Under the pieces are notes generated by a model, which was not told where the DNA came from, ran no database searches, and saw only the letters and a list, made by a program, of their open reading frames with translations. Positions 9,510-18,896 of a stretch of 64,000 nt of DNA are shown here, piece after piece. This DNA comes from a virus. Lineage: Duplodnaviria; Caudoviricetes. Both the position numbers and the translations under genes were made by a program. The stretch's first letter is position 1, and every line of letters begins with the position of its first letter. Where the stretch lies: IMG/VR virus record IMGVR_UViG_3300037047_000246. The stretch is one strand, 5' to 3'.

Positions 9510-10439
9510 TCACCGCAAGAACTTTTCCAGAAGTATCTGGATTATCGTCACCACGGCAGCAATAACCGACATCGGGATTACGATCCTGCGGCTGAGTCCT
9601 TTGGAGGACTCTTTAGCCTGCTTTGCTAGACCGTCGGACGAGGTCTTGGCTTGCATTTGAATAGACTGAACTGCAAGTTCGGCAGTAATTTTCATGTGCT
9701 GCTCGAACGCGTCTATGCGCTTGTCGTGAACCACGTCGGTGCCTATGAGCTTCAGGATTTCTGCCCCATACTTGGCCTCTAGATCCTGAAAAGTACGCTG
9801 CAGCCCGTCGATCATTTTTATTGATGTTTTGGAAGAGGCAGCAGACTCCTTGGTGGCGGCGAGCGCCTCAGTCAGTTTAGACTCCAGCGAAGTCAAACTT
9901 TCGTGAAGGCGTTTGTCCTCGGAGTTAAGGTTGTCTATCTGGTTTGACGTCCAAGCTTTGAGCTCGGCTATCTGGTTGCTGAGCCCGGTCTGTCCGTTTG
10001 CCGCGCGCATGAACGCGCGCATGAACGCATACGACATCCCGTTTACGCCAGTGGTTTGCACGTGGTCGCCGTGGATCCAAACAAGCGGGAACTCTATGGT
10101 GGTCTTTATGACAGCCCACCACGTGACTTTTCCGCCGGAAGTCAGCATGGGCCATACTGACGTAGTTTCTTCTTGGGCGTTGTGTTTCCGGTCAGCAGTG
10201 TTGGCTATCGCTGTCTGCACTTCGCTATGAAACGGAGACGGGGTCAGGTCGAGAAGAGTCATATGCTTGACTTGGTCAAGCGTATAACCGGACTTGTCTA
10301 TTGCGAACTCATTTGCCCAAACAACTCTGTTCTCGATCAAATCGATTTCGAACACGCCTATGTCGTCTAGCGATCTGCCTTCTTCTCTCGCCTTCATTAC
10401 GAGACTTTGCGATGGTGGTGCTTTAGGCTTTGTAACCAT
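9510..10439 (-). CDS. PAS-domain / coiled-coil / C-terminal transmembrane protein
   Basis: 'IGVFEIDLIENRVVWANEFAIDKSGYTLDQVKHMTLLDLTP' is PAS-like. It is followed by a heptad-rich region and a terminal hydrophobic helix 'IVIPMSVIAAVVTIIQILL'. Confidence 0.65.
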   Translation of the reverse strand: MVTKPKAPPSQSLVMKAREEGRSLDDIGVFEIDLIENRVVWANEFAIDKSGYTLDQVKHMTLLDLTPSPFHSEVQTAIANTADRKHNAQEETTSVWPMLTSGGKVTWWAVIKTTIEFPLVWIHGDHVQTTGVNGMSYAFMRAFMRAANGQTGLSNQIAELKAWTSNQIDNLNSEDKRLHESLTSLESKLTEALAATKESAASSKTSIKMIDGLQRTFQDLEAKYGAEILKLIGTDVVHDKRIDAFEQHMKITAELAVQSIQMQAKTSSDGLAKQAKESSKGLSRRIVIPMSVIAAVVTIIQILLEKFLR

Positions 10440-10484
10440 GATTCCCCTGAACGGGGAATAAAACTCCGAGCGGTATTGTGGTGC

Positions 10485-10811
10485 ATGCAGATGCGATGCG
10501 ACAAATGTGCTGTGGCACTATCGTGCCCACGCAGGGGATCTGTTCCTGTCGTGGTGGGCAAAAAGCAATACTGGTGCAACATAATCGGAGGATATGGCAG
10601 GAAGCCAGTGGACGCGGACGTTCTGTCGACGGAGTCTGCTGCAGTTGTGTCGAAGAATGGTCCGTGTTTGACTATCGCCGAAGTGCCGGAAGTGGACTCT
10701 GGGATGGTTCACTATGCAATAGTGAAAATTTTCAGTCAACCGGTGCTTGCGGACAGGGAGAAAAACGTGGTCACAACGTCTTCAGATGTGGCAGTGAGAT
10801 CCCACAAGTAA
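10485..10811 (+). CDS. Small Cys-rich hypothetical protein
   Basis: CDKC..C..WC motif. ATG 10485 is preceded by G-TATTGT-N5. Confidence 0.6.
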   Translation: MQMRCDKCAVALSCPRRGSVPVVVGKKQYWCNIIGGYGRKPVDADVLSTESAAVVSKNGPCLTIAEVPEVDSGMVHYAIVKIFSQPVLADREKNVVTTSSDVAVRSHK

Positions 10812-10818
10812 GATGCTG

Positions 10819-12144
10819 TCACTTGTGCTCGCCCACGGATGATGGGACGCACACTCGACACCACTGCATCAAGCTAGGCAGACTTTCAGCAGCTAGCTGG
10901 TACATCTTGTGCGCCACGCGACGGTAGGACATGTGCCCTTTCGGTGTTGTGCGCAGCTCTACGATATAGTACAGCTCCTTGAGCGACATCTGAAAACTGG
11001 ACCGGTGCAAGTAGCCTAGCGGCACTACGTACTGCGACAAATCCGTGTCGTAAGCGGCCTCTTCGTCGTAAGTCGACGCATAGTCCATGGCAGCCACGTA
11101 CTCCGGCTCCAACTCCGAGCCAGCAATGTCGTCTGGAATGATGTAGCCGTACTGCGTTGTCAGCGGCTCGGGGAACTGCTCGCACCGCCTGTGCCTCTGC
11201 AAATCGCGAAATGCTCCGAAATCCATCAGGACATCGAAAGTCAACACGATCGTTTTGAATACGTCCGGTACTTCGGCGTGTTCAGGCCTGGCCGACATGT
11301 GTTTGCAGAACATGTCCGGATTCATGCCGTATCGCTGCTCCACCAAATCGAAAAACTCTGGTTCTGCGTTTGCTGGCACTTTGGTGACCAAGTCCACATA
11401 CCAGTCGGGCCGCTCCATCGAAAACTTGTCCGACGTAGGCCCTAGCGATAGCACCCTCGGCTCGAACGTGTTGGGAGACGCGTGGCGCATCAATACCGGG
11501 CAGACGTCTGACACAGCGGACAAAATGCTTTTGCCGATCTGCACGACTTCAGGATTGGAATGACCCATCATGGTGGATACCAGGTCCCTGGCGTCTCTGA
11601 AATTCAAGACGCAAGCGACGTTTGTGCCTGTGCCGGCCGGCAGAAGATACCGAAGGTTGTCGAAAGCCCTGGCGCGAACGACTCTGTCCACCTGCGAGGG
11701 GTCCTCAGGGTCTCTGCCCATCAAGACCGCGCATCTCCTGACCATCGCATCGTGCAACTTGTCGTATGTGGCATACATGCGGCTGGCGAATGGCTTCATA
11801 GTCTCAGGGCCGCCTGGGGGCGTCACGAAACTGTCTTTGGAAAATCTCTGGTACCTGGTGCTTTTTTCTGAATAAGCGCCTCTCTGCATCGTTTCCACCA
11901 CTTTGGATGCCACTATGGACAGCCCCTCGATGCAAATAGGCACTGTCGCCAGTTCAGCGACGGAGCTATGCCCATAGCCGATTACCCACTTGTCGTGGAA
12001 TTTGCCAGACTCTTCTAGCGTGATGTTGCTCAAGATTTCTTTGGCAGACATCGGGGAACGGGAGTACTTGGCCAGCACAGTGGCCTGCACTGCTGGATCG
12101 AGCAGTTTTCCATCAGATCCCATCAAACAGAATACGTTAGGCAC
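10819..12144 (-). CDS. thyX: FAD-dependent thymidylate synthase, long two-domain form
   Basis: 'AKYSRS', 'YGHSSVAE', 'SEKSTRY', 'RYLLPAGT', 'RDLQRHR', 'ELRT..KGH.SYR'. GTG start at 12144 with GGAGG SD. Confidence 0.88.
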   Translation of the reverse strand: MPNVFCLMGSDGKLLDPAVQATVLAKYSRSPMSAKEILSNITLEESGKFHDKWVIGYGHSSVAELATVPICIEGLSIVASKVVETMQRGAYSEKSTRYQRFSKDSFVTPPGGPETMKPFASRMYATYDKLHDAMVRRCAVLMGRDPEDPSQVDRVVRARAFDNLRYLLPAGTGTNVACVLNFRDARDLVSTMMGHSNPEVVQIGKSILSAVSDVCPVLMRHASPNTFEPRVLSLGPTSDKFSMERPDWYVDLVTKVPANAEPEFFDLVEQRYGMNPDMFCKHMSARPEHAEVPDVFKTIVLTFDVLMDFGAFRDLQRHRRCEQFPEPLTTQYGYIIPDDIAGSELEPEYVAAMDYASTYDEEAAYDTDLSQYVVPLGYLHRSSFQMSLKELYYIVELRTTPKGHMSYRRVAHKMYQLAAESLPSLMQWCRVCVPSSVGEHK

Positions 12145-12298
12145 AGTTTCCTCCACACGAACACTGGCGTCTTGGCTCCGATTCCGACCTCCCCATCCTA
12201 CAGTCGAAAGCATTCCAAGCTAAGACTGCTGGAAATGCTCGAGCCAGGCGACAGCGAGTGGTGCCGGCAGAACCTGTGCGGACAAGTATTGTTTACGC

Positions 12299-12868
12299 AT
12301 GATTGCCGACATTCAAGCCGAGGTCACCCAACTGGGCGTTTTCCACGTCAAGTCTTTGCACACTTTTGCCGGCGTCCCGCCTGAGTTCAAGCCTTGGGAA
12401 AGTGGTTTGTCGCCGTCCGCGCTATACAACTGTTCACTGGCTTGTCGCAAGCAAGTCGGGCTAAAAACTCCTGAAGTCAAATGGATGTCGATCAAGCGGT
12501 GGGTCACCACTACGCCTGGCGGCGTAGATCTGCCACCGGGCGTGTACTTCTCAATCAAGAGGAAAGAAACATTCTGCGCTATTCCAAAGCCTCATTTTGA
12601 GAAGAAAGAGTTTGTGCTCATGATGTTCCCGTACGGCAACGTGTGGAGTCAGCGAGAGCAAGATGTGCCGATAGACGAGCAGTGGCTACTGTCTGAATGT
12701 GGCGGCAAGACAGTGCTTGAGCTGCTGATGCGCAAGGATGCAGCATTTCCTGTCCTGGGTTACTTCAAGTCTTGTCTGGACTATATGCGCAGCAATAGCG
12801 ACCAGCTATGGATACACATGAAGCGCAGACGCAGGGAGATCAATCCTGCCGAAGCTGCAACCATCTGA
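12299..12868 (+). CDS. Hypothetical protein
   Basis: 189-aa ORF; ATG is preceded by G-TATTGT-N6. Confidence 0.6.
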   Translation: MIADIQAEVTQLGVFHVKSLHTFAGVPPEFKPWESGLSPSALYNCSLACRKQVGLKTPEVKWMSIKRWVTTTPGGVDLPPGVYFSIKRKETFCAIPKPHFEKKEFVLMMFPYGNVWSQREQDVPIDEQWLLSECGGKTVLELLMRKDAAFPVLGYFKSCLDYMRSNSDQLWIHMKRRRREINPAEAATI

Positions 12869-13127
12869 GCGCGGCAAGCAGTCTGGCCTCTTGTTCTGTT
12901 TTCAAGTCCTGCTGTTGATTTCCAGTCAACGGAGCCAGAGACACTTCTACTTCAGTGGCGTTTTCGCCAACAGAGGCGCGCACGCGCCGCACAAGGGATA
13001 GTTTGTGTGGTCCGGCATACACTTGAATACTGTCGGGCCACGGCTCCGGCCCCATGACCACCGTCAAAGTGCCGTCAGCGAATACCCTCGGCGGGTTCAC
13101 GAAGACCTTGGAGCTGGCATGGCGCAC
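12840..13127 (-). CDS. Hypothetical protein
   Basis: 95-aa ORF downstream of 13097-13387. Confidence 0.5.
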   Translation of the reverse strand: MRHASSKVFVNPPRVFADGTLTVVMGPEPWPDSIQVYAGPHKLSLVRRVRASVGENATEVEVSLAPLTGNQQQDLKTEQEARLLAALRWLQLRQD

Positions 13128-13387
13128 CGGACCCCTGGAACTTTGCGAAGAAGCTCGAAATGCCTCTTCGCTGTCGCGACGATACCCTCGTCCAGCAAAC
13201 CAAGGTCTGCGCCCCGAAGCATGTCTATCTGAACTGCCGGCGTCGCATCGTCAGAGTCGTAGTCTACGCGCAACCGGCTCACCAGTCCGATCGGTTCGCC
13301 GTCGACGTGCAGCTTGGCGGATGTGGACAAAACACCTTCATCGTTGACTTCGACGAGCATTGAAATCTCGAATTTCACAGGGGACAT
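13097..13387 (-). CDS. Hypothetical protein
   Basis: 96-aa ORF; ATG is preceded by G-TAGAGT-N6 on the minus strand. Confidence 0.6.
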   Translation of the reverse strand: MSPVKFEISMLVEVNDEGVLSTSAKLHVDGEPIGLVSRLRVDYDSDDATPAVQIDMLRGADLGLLDEGIVATAKRHFELLRKVPGVRCAMPAPRSS

Positions 13388-13425
13388 GGCTTTACTCTAC
13401 GTTTGGGCAAACGATGCCTAGACTA

Positions 13426-13454
13426 TTGACTTTTCTAATCCTCAATGTTACGGT
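13426..13454 (+). promoter_or_regulatory. Sigma70-type promoter (TTGACT-17-TACGGT, extended -10 TG) for a leaderless 13461 mRNA
   Basis: TTGACT at 13426-13431, exact 17-nt spacer, TG at 13446-47, TACGGT at 13449-54, and ATG 6 nt later. Confidence 0.65.
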
Positions 13455-13460
13455 GGTTAT

Positions 13461-14990
13461 ATGGTGGACTGGACTGACTTTTTAAACAAATCGGAAACTC
13501 TTCGGCAGTTCGGGTACTCTATGCCGGATAAAGATGCGCAGGACTGCTTCGCCAATTGTGCCTTGTGCAACGAAGCAATTCGCACCACGCGCAGGGCACT
13601 GCGCCGCACTGTGCGTAAAAGGTGTACGTACAGGTGCGGCCCATGCATTGCCAGATCCGACGAAGGTCGCCTAGCTCGATCGCGCCAAGCTAAAGCGGTG
13701 TGGGGAGATCCAGAGATTGCCCGCGCCATACAAGACAAGAACGCACAAAACGCCAGATCTGCGGCTGGCCGGCAGCAGCGCTCTATGCAAGCCAAACTTG
13801 CTTGGGCGACGCCAGAGTTTGCGAGGTTGCACAGAGCGCGCATAGCAACTTTGTTCAAATCGGCTGAACATCGCAGACTTGTTGCAGAGCGCAATAAGTC
13901 AGATTACGCGGCAAATCCGGAAGAATACCTGAAAACCAAGACAGCTGCGCTGCGCTCAGTGCAGGCCAAAGCGGCGCACAAAGCAGCTTTGGCCAAACCA
14001 GAGTACAAACAGCTGCATGCAGAACTGGCTCGAGCTCGTTTTCAAGATCCAGTTTACAAGGCCAAAATCGCTGCTGGGCTCGAAGGTTTCCCCCGCGGAG
14101 GGCGGCAGTCTGCGCCGGAAGTGGCTGTGCGAGATGTGTTGACTGGACTCGGTTGCGAATTCATCTACAACAAATCCCTAGGACCATATAACTTCGATTT
14201 TTTCATCGAGAAGCTAGATTTGTTCGTTGAAGTACAAGGTGAATACTGGCACACGTTGCCTAACAACGAACGCCGAGATAAAGCCAAGTATGCTTATTTG
14301 CGAAGCACCAGGCCCGCATCGAGGATAGTGTACATATGGGACTATGACCTGGTGACTGGCGCGGCTAGCGCTAAACTGGCACAAGCCGTCGGTGTGGCAT
14401 CTTTGCCAGTGCAAGACTTTTGTTTTCACGAAATAGCTTTAAGGGTTGTCGATTCGACGACGGCCAAGAATTTTCTCAACACCTGGCACTACGCACAATT
14501 TGGGAAATCGGGCAAATTCATAATCGGGGCATTTCTGGGTGACCAACTGGCGGCGGTAGCCAAACTGGGTCCAGTGTCACGCAAAGAAGTGGCCACTTCC
14601 CTAGGATCCAATCCTCGAGAAACATTTGAACTGGATCGACTGTGCATCCATCCTATGAGGCAAAAGAAAAACTTTGCTTCATACTTCCTTAGTCGAGTCA
14701 CCACACTGTTTTTCAACGCGTTTCCTGGTGCGATGCGCGTTGTTGCTTTTTCTGATGAGACGTTTGGGCACGACGGCACGGTGTATAAGGCCTGCAACTG
14801 GTCCCAAACGGGCACAGTGCGACCCGACTACATGTACGTGCGAAATGACGGTTGGTCTATGCACAAGAAAACGCTGTACAACCAAGCCCTCTCGGTGCAC
14901 ATGACCGAGAAGCAGTACGCGCAACAAAATGGATGGACGAAAGTGTTCGGCAAATGCAAGCACAAGTTCGTGCTTGAAAGGTCAAAGTAG
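13461..14990 (+). CDS. Free-standing endonuclease (DUF559/Vsr-like PD-(D/E)XK) with N-terminal helical repeats and a C-terminal GNAT/Mom-like domain (subfamily A)
   Basis: 'FDFFIEKLDLFVEVQGEYWH' nuclease core, then 'FLNTWHY...ELDRLC...VAFSDETFGHDGTVYKACNW'. Paralogous to 49345-51201. Confidence 0.75.
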   Translation: MVDWTDFLNKSETLRQFGYSMPDKDAQDCFANCALCNEAIRTTRRALRRTVRKRCTYRCGPCIARSDEGRLARSRQAKAVWGDPEIARAIQDKNAQNARSAAGRQQRSMQAKLAWATPEFARLHRARIATLFKSAEHRRLVAERNKSDYAANPEEYLKTKTAALRSVQAKAAHKAALAKPEYKQLHAELARARFQDPVYKAKIAAGLEGFPRGGRQSAPEVAVRDVLTGLGCEFIYNKSLGPYNFDFFIEKLDLFVEVQGEYWHTLPNNERRDKAKYAYLRSTRPASRIVYIWDYDLVTGAASAKLAQAVGVASLPVQDFCFHEIALRVVDSTTAKNFLNTWHYAQFGKSGKFIIGAFLGDQLAAVAKLGPVSRKEVATSLGSNPRETFELDRLCIHPMRQKKNFASYFLSRVTTLFFNAFPGAMRVVAFSDETFGHDGTVYKACNWSQTGTVRPDYMYVRNDGWSMHKKTLYNQALSVHMTEKQYAQQNGWTKVFGKCKHKFVLERSK

Positions 14991-16181
14991 CGAAATCATG
15001 TCTGCGTGGTCAGCGCCTGTGCCGATCAGCACTACGGGGACGTTGGCTGCAGCTTCAATCCTGTCCACCATCGACCTTGTTTTGGAGGATAGTTTATTGA
15101 ACGCTTCCCTTCCTCCGCGAAGGCCGTGATCGCGCCAGTCCAAATACTGCACGAAATTCAGCGCCAGCTTTGTTGCGCCGTTCGTTGCGACAGCGTCTTC
15201 CAAACCCACCCAAGAGAACGTGCAAACACGTCGCACCCTCTTTGTGACTGTCGTCCTTTCGCGCTCCATGAGTGCAGCTGCCTCTTCGTCTGGCATTCCA
15301 GCTTCCTGTGCTATTTGCTGCCAGGTCAGCTCTTTGCAGTCAGTGTAGAAATCGCCAGAGTACCCCGTCTGCACGCCGTTCTCCTGCACGTTGCCGACTC
15401 GGATGCCAAAAGTACGGAGATTCAGGTATACGTCGCCCACCATGGAAGCTGGCACTGCCATGTCGTCCATGGCCTTTTGGGCGGTGCAGTTGCGCGAGGT
15501 GCAGTGCGGGTAGCTGGAGCCATGGTCGACGGACAAGGCGTATCCTTGGGAACCTTCATGCAGCCAAGTGTTGCCCGCCTTGATCAGACCTTGCACGCTC
15601 GACCTGAACTGCATGCCGTCCAAAATGCGCACTCTGGACTCAAACTCGTGCATGAGCTCGAGCATGCCTGGTCTAGCATGTCCTGTCCATTCAGCCACTT
15701 GTTTGGACCCAACAAGCAGGCATTCCTTCCTGCGCAGAATCTTGTCCACCATGGACGCGGAGCACCCCTGCATCGTGGAAGCGATATGTTTGGTTGACCC
15801 GGAGCCGTTTCTTTCTTGCTCCGCATGGTCCGGAGTGACGACGGAAGCCCTGCTGTGTAGGCACAAACTAGGTCTGCCTGTTTCCACCCATTCGTCGAAC
15901 AGCCTATCCCATGTGCCTTGCTCGGTCACGGTCAGTCCGGAGGCCGGAGACAGCCACCCCTGCATGTTGACGCCTTTGGCCTTCCGAAGTGCCAAAGCAG
16001 TGGGGATGGCTTTCGCCACGAACTTGTAGTTGCCAGACAAGAACGTGTGGCCTGCGTTGGGGAAATTCGAAGACGAGACGTGGCTGACGCCGTACGCGTC
16101 TGCCAGCCAAGCGGACACCTTGCCTTTGCCGGACGATCCCCAGAACCCGTCTAACAAAATGTTGAACTTGCCAGGTTGCAT
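14982..16181 (-). CDS. purZ: Adenylosuccinate-synthetase homologue with PurZ-type (2-aminoadenylosuccinate synthetase) signatures
   Basis: 'WGSSGKGK' (Ser in place of the PurA catalytic Asp of WGDEGKG), 'NAGHT', 'EGSQG', 'YPHCTSR', 'RTFGIRVGN', 'TTVTKRVRRV', and 'LNFVQY' in place of PurA TKLD. Confidence 0.75.
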   Translation of the reverse strand: MQPGKFNILLDGFWGSSGKGKVSAWLADAYGVSHVSSSNFPNAGHTFLSGNYKFVAKAIPTALALRKAKGVNMQGWLSPASGLTVTEQGTWDRLFDEWVETGRPSLCLHSRASVVTPDHAEQERNGSGSTKHIASTMQGCSASMVDKILRRKECLLVGSKQVAEWTGHARPGMLELMHEFESRVRILDGMQFRSSVQGLIKAGNTWLHEGSQGYALSVDHGSSYPHCTSRNCTAQKAMDDMAVPASMVGDVYLNLRTFGIRVGNVQENGVQTGYSGDFYTDCKELTWQQIAQEAGMPDEEAAALMERERTTVTKRVRRVCTFSWVGLEDAVATNGATKLALNFVQYLDWRDHGLRGGREAFNKLSSKTRSMVDRIEAAANVPVVLIGTGADHADMISLL

Positions 16182-16510
16182 TATTTTTCCTCCGGCGAGG
16201 CCGGTTTGTGCGACGTTTGCTCAGAATCTGCAGAAAACATCACCATCCCTTTGTACTCTCTGACCCCTGAAACGCCATCGGACGAGACGTCCTGGCCCTC
16301 CGGTTCGTACACCGCCAAGACCAGCTCGCCCGGACCAAGCGAGTTGCCGCTGTCCTCGGCCAGCTGCTGCAGCAGCTGGCCGAGCGTACCCCCGGTGCGC
16401 AACGACAGCAGCTCCGGCACGTCTCTTTGCCAACCGCCGGCGCCGAGGTACCAGGTACCTTCTGGGGCCGAGTACATGTCGTTAATCTGTATCACTGCCA
16501 GTTTCAACAT
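16181..16510 (-). CDS. Hypothetical protein coupled upstream of the purZ-like gene
   Basis: The stop (TAA) overlaps the purZ ATG; 109 aa. Confidence 0.6.
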   Translation of the reverse strand: MLKLAVIQINDMYSAPEGTWYLGAGGWQRDVPELLSLRTGGTLGQLLQQLAEDSGNSLGPGELVLAVYEPEGQDVSSDGVSGVREYKGMVMFSADSEQTSHKPASPEEK

Positions 16511-17243
16511 TGAACACTTCCGATTCTACCGACGATACCCTCGCCTTGCCTGCAGCTTTTGCAATTTTGCCGAGGTCTTTTGCTTCGATATACTTGGCCA
16601 ATTGGAAGCGTGCGTCTGTGGGTGGTCCGAGAGCTGCGATGCGGGCGCCGTTTATTTCCTTAGGTGAAAATACACGGCCCACCAGCTGCAACTGCCTGCG
16701 TTTGTTCACTCTGTTGGCCCACCGCATATCCAGCTTCCTTCGAATCGCCTTTTCGGTCATAAACATGACTCGAATTGTGAGATCAGCCGGGATGCGCCCA
16801 TGTACGCGCAAGGATGCTCGACACGCGTAGTCGCAAGCCAGAGCGAACGCTTCTTGGTAAGAGTCTGCTCGGATGAGCACATGTGCTAGCTTAAAACGAG
16901 GCGGAAGTATGACTCTCCACACTTTCGTGCGGTCGCTTATCGAAGCGCCTGGTCCGAGAAGCCTTTCCAGGGTTTCTTGCCGATATCCGGGAAAAGACAA
17001 GTCCGTGGCGGCGTCGTACAACTGGTCAAATCTGGTTTTGCCGATTTGTGCCGGAGACGCGGGCAGAGTATCCAAAAGCTCAGCCGGTATGGAGTTGTTC
17101 ATCACCATCGAGTAAAGGAGCGACGCCAGATACTGCTTTTCTTTGCTGCCTCTGAAGCGCTTCATACATTTCTCTACGGCTGCAACAGCTTTACGCTGGT
17201 CCACCCGGACAGTGCCTCCTTTACGTTTCTTTGAACTAGCCAT
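16482..17243 (-). CDS. Basic hypothetical protein
   Basis: AGGTGA SD before ATG 17243 (MASSKKRKGG); 253 aa. Confidence 0.65.
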   Translation of the reverse strand: MASSKKRKGGTVRVDQRKAVAAVEKCMKRFRGSKEKQYLASLLYSMVMNNSIPAELLDTLPASPAQIGKTRFDQLYDAATDLSFPGYRQETLERLLGPGASISDRTKVWRVILPPRFKLAHVLIRADSYQEAFALACDYACRASLRVHGRIPADLTIRVMFMTEKAIRRKLDMRWANRVNKRRQLQLVGRVFSPKEINGARIAALGPPTDARFQLAKYIEAKDLGKIAKAAGKARVSSVESEVFNVETGSDTD

Positions 17244-17621
17244 CTGTCTCACCTGTAGAGTATCGAGCAATGTGCAGACTGAGGGAACATACGTGACAAT
17301 ACGCTGCACTCGGTTCCCTTCGGTTTTGTGCGTTCTTGGAACCAAGGCGCCCGAAGCCGATCTCGCAGAGACAGAGGCACGATCCGAAAGATTTGAGAAA
17401 AAGGACTGCTCGATGATTCGGTTCCTTGTGAGTCATCCTGCTGCATCAGGTAGCCAGATCCAAAAAGTCTGTTGCCCCCTGATGGAGAGTTTTTAACTCT
17501 CTTGCTTTTTCTTTCTTCGATCTGTACTATTGCTTAATCAAAACGCAGTAACGGTGATCGTGTTGCAACTTCAGTTGCATTGAGTAAGACAGCAGAGGCA
17601 GTGGAGGTGTAAGAGTTAGAG

Positions 17622-17891
17622 GTGGAAGGTGGAGCAGAATTGGTTCGCACATATTTGGTATTTCATGATTTGCCGGTGCATGTCGAGTACAGAGTAAGCG
17701 ACATGCCTCTTGTGCCGGAAGGCACGCAGATCGATTTTAGGATCGATCTGCGGCACCCGCGCAATCCAAAGCGAGTTCGGAAAGTGAATGGGGCGTACGT
17801 AGTGCAGAAGCGATACCTCATTTACTCTTCTGAAAAGCCGCGCGACCAGGGACTGACTCAATACCTCGAGTTGGACCCGGTCGAAGACTGA
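17622..17891 (+). CDS. Hypothetical beta-rich protein
   Basis: 89-aa ORF with purine-rich sequence upstream. Confidence 0.5.
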   Translation: MEGGAELVRTYLVFHDLPVHVEYRVSDMPLVPEGTQIDFRIDLRHPRNPKRVRKVNGAYVVQKRYLIYSSEKPRDQGLTQYLELDPVED

Positions 17892-17969
17892 TCGACCGGT
17901 TTTTTGCTCTGAACGGCAAGAAGCTGACTGATCAGTCGTGGCTGTCAACAACAAACATAGGAGGTTGGT

Positions 17970-18896
17970 ATGAGGAAGTTTGTTCCCCACATCGTGGCAT
18001 GGTCTGTTCTTGCCATTTTGATAGGATGGAACTCGCCCTCGAGAGCGGACGAACCCGACGCAGCAGACCTGCGAAAATGGGTTGTTGACCGCATGACTGC
18101 TTGGTCCAAACCAGGCGCCACTTTGCATCCGCCAGCAATGGAGACGTTTGAAGACGGTCGGGCGAGATATGAGCTCATAGCAAATTCCGTTCTGGCCACC
18201 GTGGCCAGAGAAAAACCTGTGTTTAGCGGCAAACGAGGCAGAATTCGCACAGCGGCTCTGCTGCTGTCCATTTCAATGTTCGAGAGTTCGTATCGAAAAG
18301 ACGTGGATATGAACTTGGGCAAACAGGGGCGAGGAGACAACGGGCGCTCCTGGTGCCTCATGCAGGTGCAGCTGGGGTCTCCTGTGTACGTGGACGCCGC
18401 CACTAGGCAACGGGTGCAGCTTGTGCAGGTATGCAACGACGTGCCACTATCTGGTATCAAACCAGGTGCCGCGGGCTCGTTCAGGAAATGCGAATTCCGT
18501 CCGCCTGCTGGTGCCCTGGCCTCCACGCCTTCGCGCATCGTCCTTGACGGTGAAGGATATGAACTCACATCGGACCAGACGCGCGGACACAGTGGTCAGG
18601 ATTTGGTCGCCGACAGAGGGCTGTGCTTCACCGCTGGTCTCAGGATACTGCGCAGCTCTTTCAGAGCCTGCAGGTCGCTGCCTGTGTTGGAGCAGTTGTC
18701 GGCTTACGCCTCTGGCAACTGCGTCAGCGGCAGGGATGCTTCGCGCCGCAGGATGTCTGCGGCGATTCGGTGGCTGTCCTCTTACCCGCCTCCGGCAGAC
18801 GACGAACAACTGATGAAGCTCTTCTTGGACGCACCTGACGAAGAGCCGGCAGACGAGCCGTCTGCCGTCCTGAACGCACTGTACGCAGGCACCTGA
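17970..18896 (+). CDS. Signal-peptide-bearing lytic-transglycosylase/lysozyme-like protein
   Basis: AGGAGG SD and an N-terminal signal (HIVAWSVLAILIGW...SRA). SLT-like motifs 'ISMFESSY', 'GDNGRSWCLMQV', 'LSAYASG'. Confidence 0.6.
   Translation: MRKFVPHIVAWSVLAILIGWNSPSRADEPDAADLRKWVVDRMTAWSKPGATLHPPAMETFEDGRARYELIANSVLATVAREKPVFSGKRGRIRTAALLLSISMFESSYRKDVDMNLGKQGRGDNGRSWCLMQVQLGSPVYVDAATRQRVQLVQVCNDVPLSGIKPGAAGSFRKCEFRPPAGALASTPSRIVLDGEGYELTSDQTRGHSGQDLVADRGLCFTAGLRILRSSFRACRSLPVLEQLSAYASGNCVSGRDASRRRMSAAIRWLSSYPPPADDEQLMKLFLDAPDEEPADEPSAVLNALYAGT

Noticed and set aside
16369-16380. 12-nt match (GCAGCAGCTGGC) to spacer 5, suggesting self-targeting
   Set aside because: It is a low-complexity GC-rich 12-mer with mismatched flanks, not a protospacer. 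I saw no full-length self-match, though an exhaustive search was not possible.
17260-17271. 12-nt reverse-complement match to the CRISPR repeat (ATTGCTCGATAC), a possible anti-repeat/tracr
   Set aside because: It is 34 kb from the locus, the flanks do not extend the match, a 12-mer hit among ~25 repeat 12-mers is plausible by chance in 64 kb, and CasPhi needs no tracrRNA.
17485-17516. Hairpin GAGAGT-N5-ACTCTC plus T-rich tail resembling an intrinsic terminator
   Set aside because: The stem is weak and AT-rich, and there is no plus-strand gene upstream to terminate. Not supportable without RNA data.
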